Shown here in pieces: positions 12,701 to 21,700 of a stretch of 64,000 nucleotides of DNA. A program made the position numbers and the translations under genes. Within the stretch, counting starts at the first letter, position 1; each line of letters starts with the position of its first letter. The stretch covers positions 1 to 64,000 of the IMG/VR virus record IMGVR_UViG_3300020469_000033, one strand, 5' to 3'. Source of the stretch: an uncultured virus (IMG/VR IMGVR_UViG_3300020469_000033) (Duplodnaviria; Heunggongvirae; Uroviricota; Caudoviricetes). The notes under the pieces are model-generated. The model was not told the origin of the DNA. It searched no databases and worked only from the letters and a program-made list of their open reading frames with translations.

Positions 12701-15700
12701 ATGACTGTAAATGTTGGTATCTCAGGTCCTAATAAATATTTTACTCCATCTGATGTTAATTATAATGCATTGACTGGGGAAATGGTATTGACAGTAGGTC
12801 AACATGGATTGGGTGTAAGTAGAAGTGTAGTATTAGAAAATGAATCATTCGCATTTACTTGTGACCAAGATGGTGATTCTACAACTCACTCTTACCCAAG
12901 AAGTGGTTCAGACCCATATGCAGAACAATCGATAAAAATTATTTCAGTTGGAACTACATCACATACTCCAACAAATGCACCATACAATCCAACAACTGGT
13001 ATCGTAACACTCACAATCTCTAATCATGGATTCTCTAATAATGATTATATAAAAGTTGATGATGGTGCATTAACTTATACTTGTGTATTAGATGGAAACA
13101 CAACTCAGAAATCTTATCCAAGAGCTGGATATGATTCTCCATCTGGAAGATGGTTACAAATTTCAAATGTAACAACTAATACATTTGATATTAATATAGG
13201 TTCATCTTCTTACACTGGAGCACATACATTTGTATCTGCTACAACTAATGGAATAAAAAGACAAGATGGTACATTTACAATTAATGTAGGTGATGGTGGA
13301 AGTGCAAGTGGTTCAATCCATACATTTGTATCTGCATCAACAAATGCAGTTAAGCATGAACCACAATCAGTTCACACATTCGTATCAGCATCTTATGGAG
13401 CAGTTAAACATCTACCACAATCAGTTCACACATTTGTTAGAACTATAAATGATTCGGTAACTGTAATTCCTCCACAAATTGATAATACTGAAGAAGCAAT
13501 CGCAGTAACAACTGAAACTCAGTTTACTACATCTTCTATCTCAGCATCAGCTGCAGATATAGAATTTATTTCTGGGGCATTTGATATTGTAACTAAGATT
13601 ATAGAATTTGGAAGTGGTTCTTATGAATCATCATCATTGTATGGTAGTGAGGTAACTGCTTCATCAACTGTTGCAGCTTACAACTTATTAAAATCAAATA
13701 TTGATTTCATAAAAGAAGAAACAATAGCATACTTATCATCTTCTTGGTCAACTGCATCATATGATGAAGATAAATGTATGAGAGATGTTGCTGGTATTGT
13801 TAGTGGAGCAGCTGAAGATTTAATTCACAATGTTTACTCAGCATCTATCTTTAATGGTAAGTTCTACTTAGAGTATCCATCACAAGCACAAGGTTCACAA
13901 TTGAGTCAAACGATTGATGGAATTCGATACGCAAGTAGGGTAGCACAAAAAATAGCATCGAATGTAACATTCTCAAATCCAGTTCAAGATAGATTAGATA
14001 CACAAACAATTATAAACAATAATAAAGAGTTTATTAAAGAAGAGGGAATTGCATTCCTATCAGCTTCTTGGAGTGATTTTGATTATCCAGAAGAAACTTG
14101 TAAAAGAGATATCGTACACATCTTAGATGCATCAATTACTGATATTGTTTATGGTGGTAACGAAAGAACAATTAATGCTGGTATATTCTATTATAAATTC
14201 CCATCTGAAGCAACTGGTTCTCAACTATTCCCAACTTTAGATGGTATTGAATATGCTGGTGAAGTTGCACAAAAAGTAGTAAGTGGAGCAGTATTTACAC
14301 CACTATCTTCAGATAAAGTAAATGCTTATAACTTAGTATTAGAAAATAGAGATTTAATCCAAAATGAAGTAATTGAATATGTTTCATCTTCTTGGAACGC
14401 AGCTGATTATGATGATGTAAAATGTAAGAGAGATACTGGATACATAATAGATGCAGCAATTACTGATTTATTGTATGGTGGAAATGAGAGAAGTATAATT
14501 GCTGGAGATTTCTATTACAAATATCCATCACAAGCACAAGGTTCACAATTAGACCAAACTGTTGATGGTATAGTTCATGCTCAAAGATTATCTGATAAGG
14601 TAATGAGTAATACTATATTAGTAAATCCATCAGTAGAAAGAGAAGGATTATATCAAACGATAGAACAAAATAGAGAATTGGTTCAAGCTGAAGTAATTGC
14701 TTACATTTCATCTTCTTGGGTTGGATTTGATTATGATGAAGCTAAATGTAGTAGAGATGTTGGACACATCTTAGATGCTGTATCTACCGATTTAAGATAT
14801 GGTGGAAATGAAAGAAGTGTTATTGCTGGTGAGTACTATTACTTATATCCATCAGAAGCAACAAGTGTTCAAAAAACACAAACTATCGATGGTATCGTAC
14901 ATGCAGCTAACTTAGTTCAAAAATTAATTCAGAATGTAGTATTAGTACAACCTTCAGAAACTAAATTAAGTATTTGGAATACGATTAGAGATAATAGAAC
15001 TTTAATTCAAAAAGAAGTAACTGAATACATTGATTACACATTCCCATTCTTTACATATAATAGAGAAAAGTGTAGAAGAGATGTTGGACACATCTTAGAT
15101 GGTGTTGCAACCGATTTCTTATGGGGTGGTAATCAACGAAGTATTAAGAGTGGAGAATTTTATTACTTATTCCCATCTGAAGCAACTACCGTACAAAAAG
15201 TAGAAACTATTGAGGGTATTGTATATGCTAAGAATTTAGTTAGAGATATAATTACACAAAAAACATTTACTCCAACAACAGCAACTTATGACCCATCAAA
15301 TGGAGACTTTGTAGTTACTATTTCTAAACATGGTTTAGATGTTGGGGATGAAATTTGTATAAGACCAGAATCGTTTGTATTCACTTGTACAATGGATAAT
15401 AATAGAACGGAACATAAATTACCATCAATTGGACAACCAGCATATAATAATAAATTAAAAGTTAAATCGGTAACCGAAGATACTATAACTGTGGATGTTG
15501 GTAAATCAGGTCCTAATGTAGAGTTCACACCTTCTTCTGCATCTTATGACCCAGCAACTGGAGAATTTGTAATCACAACTGGTAATCATAGTTTAAGTAT
15601 TGGTGAGGGTATCGTATTAGATACTGGTTCATTTGCATTCACTTGTGATATGGACAATAACCAATCTGTTAAATCTTACCCTCGATTTGGAATAGACCCA

Positions 15701-18700
15701 TTTGCAGGTCGTTCAATGATTATAACTGATGTTACTGATACAACAATGACTGTTAATGTTGGAGTATCGGCTCCGAATAAATTATTTACACCAACTGATG
15801 TTGATTACAACGCATTGAGTGGTGATATGGTTGTAACTGTTGGACAGCACGGATTAGGAGTAGGAAGAAGTGTAGTATTAGAAAACGAATCTTTTGCTTT
15901 CACTTGTGACCAAGATGGTGATACATCTGTTCACTCTTACCCAAGATTAGGTTCAGACCCATATGCGGAACAATCAATTGTAATAAATTCAGTTGGAACT
16001 ACATCCCATACTATAACTAATGCACCTTATGATGCATCTACTGGTGATGTTACTATAACAATCACAGGACATGGATTTAGTAATGGAGATTATATCAAAC
16101 TTTCTGATAATTCTCTAACCTATACTTGTATATTAGATGGTAATAGTGTTGAGAAATCATATCCAAGACCTGGTTATGATTACCCATCTGGAAGATGGTT
16201 AGAAATTTCTAATGTAACAACTAATACTTTCGATATTAACATTGGTTCATCATCTTACACATCAGCTCATACTTTTGTATCAGCTACAACAAATGGTTTA
16301 GAAAGACAAACTGGAACATTTACAATAAACGTTGGAGATGGTGGAAGTGCAAGTGGCTCAATACATACATTTGTATCAGCATCAATAAACGCTGTAAAAC
16401 ATTTACCACAATCAGTTCATACTTTTGTATCAGCTTCTAATGGAGCAGTAAAACACCTACCTCAGGCAGGTCATACTTTTGTTAGAACTCAAAATAACTC
16501 AATAAGTGTTTTATCTCAATTAATAACTAAAACTCCATCTAAAGTTTCTAATAGTGATGGAAATATAAAAGTAACATCATTTAATTCAGTATCTTCATCA
16601 ATTGCATTGAGTGGTTCATATCAAACTGAAGTTAGTGAATCATATGATATTGTAACTGGAATTATAAAAACAGGTATTGAATCATTCACACCTAAAACAG
16701 CAACTTATGACCCTGCTAATGGTGATTTCTTAATGACTGTACCTAAACATAATTTACATAGTGGTGATAGTATCTATCTAAAACCTGAATCATTTGTATT
16801 CACTTGTGATATGGATGGAAATAGAACTGAGCACAAACTTCCATCAATTGGACAACCTGCTTATGATAATAGATTAACAATTAAATCAACAACATCAGAT
16901 ACTATAACTGTAAACGTTGGTAAATCGGGTCCAAATGTAGAATACAATCCATCAACTGCATCTTATGACCCAGCAACTGGGGAATTTGTTGTAACTGTAG
17001 CAAGTCATAGTTTAAGTATTGGTGAAGGTGTAGTAATGTCACCTGAATCATTCGCATTTACTTGTGATATGGATAACGACCAATCAGTTAAATCCTACCC
17101 AAGAGTTGGTATTGACCCGTATTCAGTACGTTCACTTCCTCTTACGGCTGTAACTGATACTACAATGACATTTAATGTAGGAGTATCAGGTCCGAATAAA
17201 TATTTCACACCTGTATCTGCTTCTTACAATTCTCTAAGTGGAGATATGACTCTAACTGTTACTGAATCATTCGGATTGGGTGTTGGTAGAAGTGTGGTGT
17301 TAGAAAACGAATCATTTGCATTCACTTGTGATATGGATAGTAACGTAACTACTCATTCTTATCCAAGAAGTGGTTCTGACCCATACGCTGAGCAATCAAT
17401 AAAAATCACTTCAGTTGGAACTACTTCTCATAGTGTAACCGATGCACCATATGATTCTGCAACTGGTGATGTAACTATTACAATAGCTAACCACAATTTC
17501 AATAATGGAGATTACATAAAATTAGATGATAATTCTCTAACTTATACTTGTGTATTAGATAAAAATATAACTACAAAATCTTACCCAAGACCTAATTACG
17601 ATTATCCAAGTGGAAGATGGTTAGAAATTTCAAATGTAACAACTAACACATTTGATATCAATATAGGTTCTTCACCATATGTAGGTTCACATACATTTGT
17701 ATCAGCAACTACTAATGGATTGAAGAGACAAGATGGAACGTTTACAATTAATGTAGGAGATGGTGGAAGTGCTTCTGGTTCATTACATACATTCGTATCA
17801 GCATCCAATAGAGCAGTTAAACATGAACCTCAATCAGTTCATACTTTTGTATCAGCTTCCAATGGGGCATTGAAACATTTACCTCAATCAGCTCATACAT
17901 TTATTAGAACTCAACGAGATTCAGTAAGTACTTTACCTATATTAACTGAAAATATTGAAGGATTAATTAAAATTAATGATACATCTCAATTTACTTCTTC
18001 ACTAAGTGGTAGTGAAGTTGAATCAGCATTTGTAACTCGTAGTGTAGGGTTTATTAATGATATTATTAGATTCGGAACCGATGATACACCATTTGCATTA
18101 GCTAAGTGGTTTGATGATACATTAGATACTCCACAACAACTAACAACTGGTTCTTATGTAACTGCTAGTGGTACTTATGTAACTGATACTGAATTTGGTA
18201 TTGTAAGTTCATCATTTGGAGAAATTATTAATATCATAGAAAATGGTACAGGTTCATTTACTCCAACAACAGCAACTTATGACCCATCAAATGGAAACTT
18301 TGTAGTTACTATTCCAAATCATACTTTGGATATTGGAGATGAAATTTATATAAGACCAGAATCGTTTACATTTACTTGTACGATGGATGGGAACAGAACT
18401 GAACACAAATTACCTTCAGTTGGACAACCTGCTTATACTAATAAATTAGAGATAACAGCAAAAACTACTGATACTATAACTGTAAATGTAGGAGCATCGG
18501 ATCCTGATATTGAATGGACTCCAACTAATGCAACTTATGACCCTGCTAATGGTGATTTCGTAATTACAACTGGAACTCACACATTAAGTGTTGGAGAAGG
18601 TATAGTATTAAGTACTGGTTCATTTGCATTTACTTGTGATATGGATAACAACCAATCAACTAAATCTTATCCTAGATTTGGAATTGACCCATTCGCTGGA

Positions 18701-21700
18701 CGTTCAATGAAACTTACTTCGGTAACTTCAAATACAATGACGGTAAATGTAGGTATATCAGGTCCTAATAAATACTTTACACCAACTACTGCATCATATG
18801 ATGCTTTAAGTGGTGATATGACTCTAACTGTTACTGAATCATTTGGTTTAGGAGTAGGAAGAAGTGTAGTATTAGAAAATGAATCTTTTGCGTTCACTTG
18901 TGACCAAGATGGAGATGCTACAACTCACTCTTATCCAAGAAGTGGTTCTGACCCATACGCTGAACAATCAATTGTGATTACTTCGGTAGGTACAACATCG
19001 CATACTCCAACAAACGCTCCATACAACTCAGTAACAGGTGTAGTAACACTAACAATCGCCAATCACGGATTTAGTAATGGTGATTATGTTAAAGTTGCTG
19101 ATAACGCATTAACTTATACTTGTGTATTAGATGATAATACAACTACTAAATCATATCCAAGACCTGGTTATGATTACCCATCTGGAAGATGGCTAGAAAT
19201 TTCTAATGTAACTACGAATACATTTAATATTAATATTGGTGCATCATCATATATAGGAGAACACAAATTTATATCAGCTGCAGCAAATGGTATTGAGAGA
19301 CAAACTGGTACATTTACAATAAATGTAGGTGATGGTGGAAGCGCTTCAGGTTCATTACATACATTCGTATCAGCTTCAGCAAACGCTGTTAAACATGAAC
19401 CTCAATCATTACATACATTTGTATCTGCATCTAAAGGAGCAGTTAAACATTTACCTCAGGCAGGTCATACTTTTGTTAGAACTGAAAATAACTCAATAAG
19501 TATTTTACCAAAATTAGTAACTAATGCTGAAAACAATATTAAAGTAACTTCAGCAAATCAGTTTACTTCTTCTATTGTAGGTTCATCAATTGAAATTAAT
19601 AAAGTAAATACATCAGTTGGTATAATTGAAAATATATTACAAAATGGATTGGGTGTTAAACCAAACGTTGTTAAAAATAACTCTGATGTTGATAACTTAA
19701 TTAAAGTTACTGACGCAGTTCAATTTACATCTGAATCATTTGGAGATAGATTACAACAAAGATTAATTTCATCATCAATTGCAATTGTAACTAATATTGT
19801 TAAAAATGGAACTGGTTCATTACCAACTGTTGTTGAGTATGGAGCTCCATCAGAATCACCAACAACAATTGCAGCATATAACTTATTAAAAGAAAATATT
19901 GGATTTATTCAAAGTGAATCAATTGCTTATTTATCATCTTCTTGGTCAACTGCATCATATGATGAAAGTAAGTGTAGTAGAGATATAGGAGGAATTATAA
20001 GTGGGGCAGCTGAAGATATGTTGTATAACGCAAATTCTGCATCTATATTCAATGGTAAATTCTACTATGATTTCCCATCTCAGGCACAAGGTGCACAATT
20101 ACAACAAACTTTAGATGGTATTAATTATGCTGGTAGATTAGCAGAAAGTATTGTAAGAGGATATACGTTCCAAACTGCATCCGCAGTAGTTAGTGGTTCT
20201 TATGAATTGATTAGAAATAATAGAGAATTTATTCAAAATGAAACAATTGAATTCTTATCATCTTCGTGGGATGGATTTACTTATAATGAAATAACTTGTA
20301 AAAGAGATATTACTCATATTATAGATGCAGTTTCTACTGATTTATTATATGGTGGAAATGAAAGAAGTGTGAATGCTGGAGATTATTATTACAGATTCCC
20401 ATCAGCAGCTATTAGTGGTGGTGTACCAAATGAAAATAGACAAAAAGACCCAACTGTAACTGCTATTGATTATGTACAAAATATAGTAACTGAAATAGTA
20501 AGTGGAGCTGTTTTCCAAACTGCATCAAATGAAGTTGAATTTGTTTATGATACAATTAGAGAAAATAGAGAATTCTTACAAGCTGAAACTGTAGCATTCG
20601 TAAACGCTAAATATCCAAACTTTGAATACAATGAATTAAGTTGTAGTAGAGATACTGGATTCATAATTGATGCTGTTGCTACTGATTTAAGATATGGTGG
20701 AAACCAAAGAGCATTAACTGCTGGTGAATTCTATTATAGATTCCCATCTGAAGCAACTGGTAATCAATTAGATGAAACTACTGATGCATTAATCTATACT
20801 AAAGATTTAATTGAAAAATTAGTTAACAAAGAAACATTATTTGTTCAAACAGGAAGTTTGAATACTGATAATGGAATTAAAGTAACTTCATTCTCACCAG
20901 CAACTGGTAGTAGTATAACTGATGTTACTATTTTTAACACAATTTCATCTTCATTCGCAATTGTATCAGATGCAATAGCTAATGGAAAAGCAGATTCAAC
21001 TCCAACTAACGCAACTTATGACCCATCAAATGGTGAGTTTGTATTAACAATTGAAAGTCATTCTTATACTGAGGGTGAGGGTATATACTTATCACCTGAA
21101 TCGTTCACATTTACTTGTGATATGGATAACAACAAAACTGAAGATAAATTACCTTCAGTTGGACAACCTGCTTACAATAATGAATTAGAAATTCTTTCAA
21201 AAACCAATAATACTATAACTGTTAACGTAGGAGCGTCTGGACCTAATGTAGAATTTAATCCAACAACTGCATCTTATGACCCAGCAACGGGTGAATTCGT
21301 AATGACTGTTGAAAGTCATAGTTTAAGTATTGGTGAAGGTATCATTTTAGATATTGAATCATTTGCTTTCACTTGTGATATGGATAATAATCAATCAGTT
21401 AAATCATATCCAAGAGTTGGTATTGACCCATTCGCTGGACGTTCAATGAAGATAACGGATATTACTGATACTACAATGACTGTAAATGTTGGTATTTCGG
21501 GTCCAAATAAATTCTTTACACCATCGGATGTTGATTACAACGCATTAAGTGGTGATATGATTGTAACTGTTGGACAGCATGGTATAGGTGTTGGTAGAAG
21601 TGTAGTATTAGAAAATGAATCATTCGCATTTACTTGTGACCAAGATGGTGATACATCTGTTCATTCTTATCCAAGAAGTGGTTCTGACCCATACGCTGAA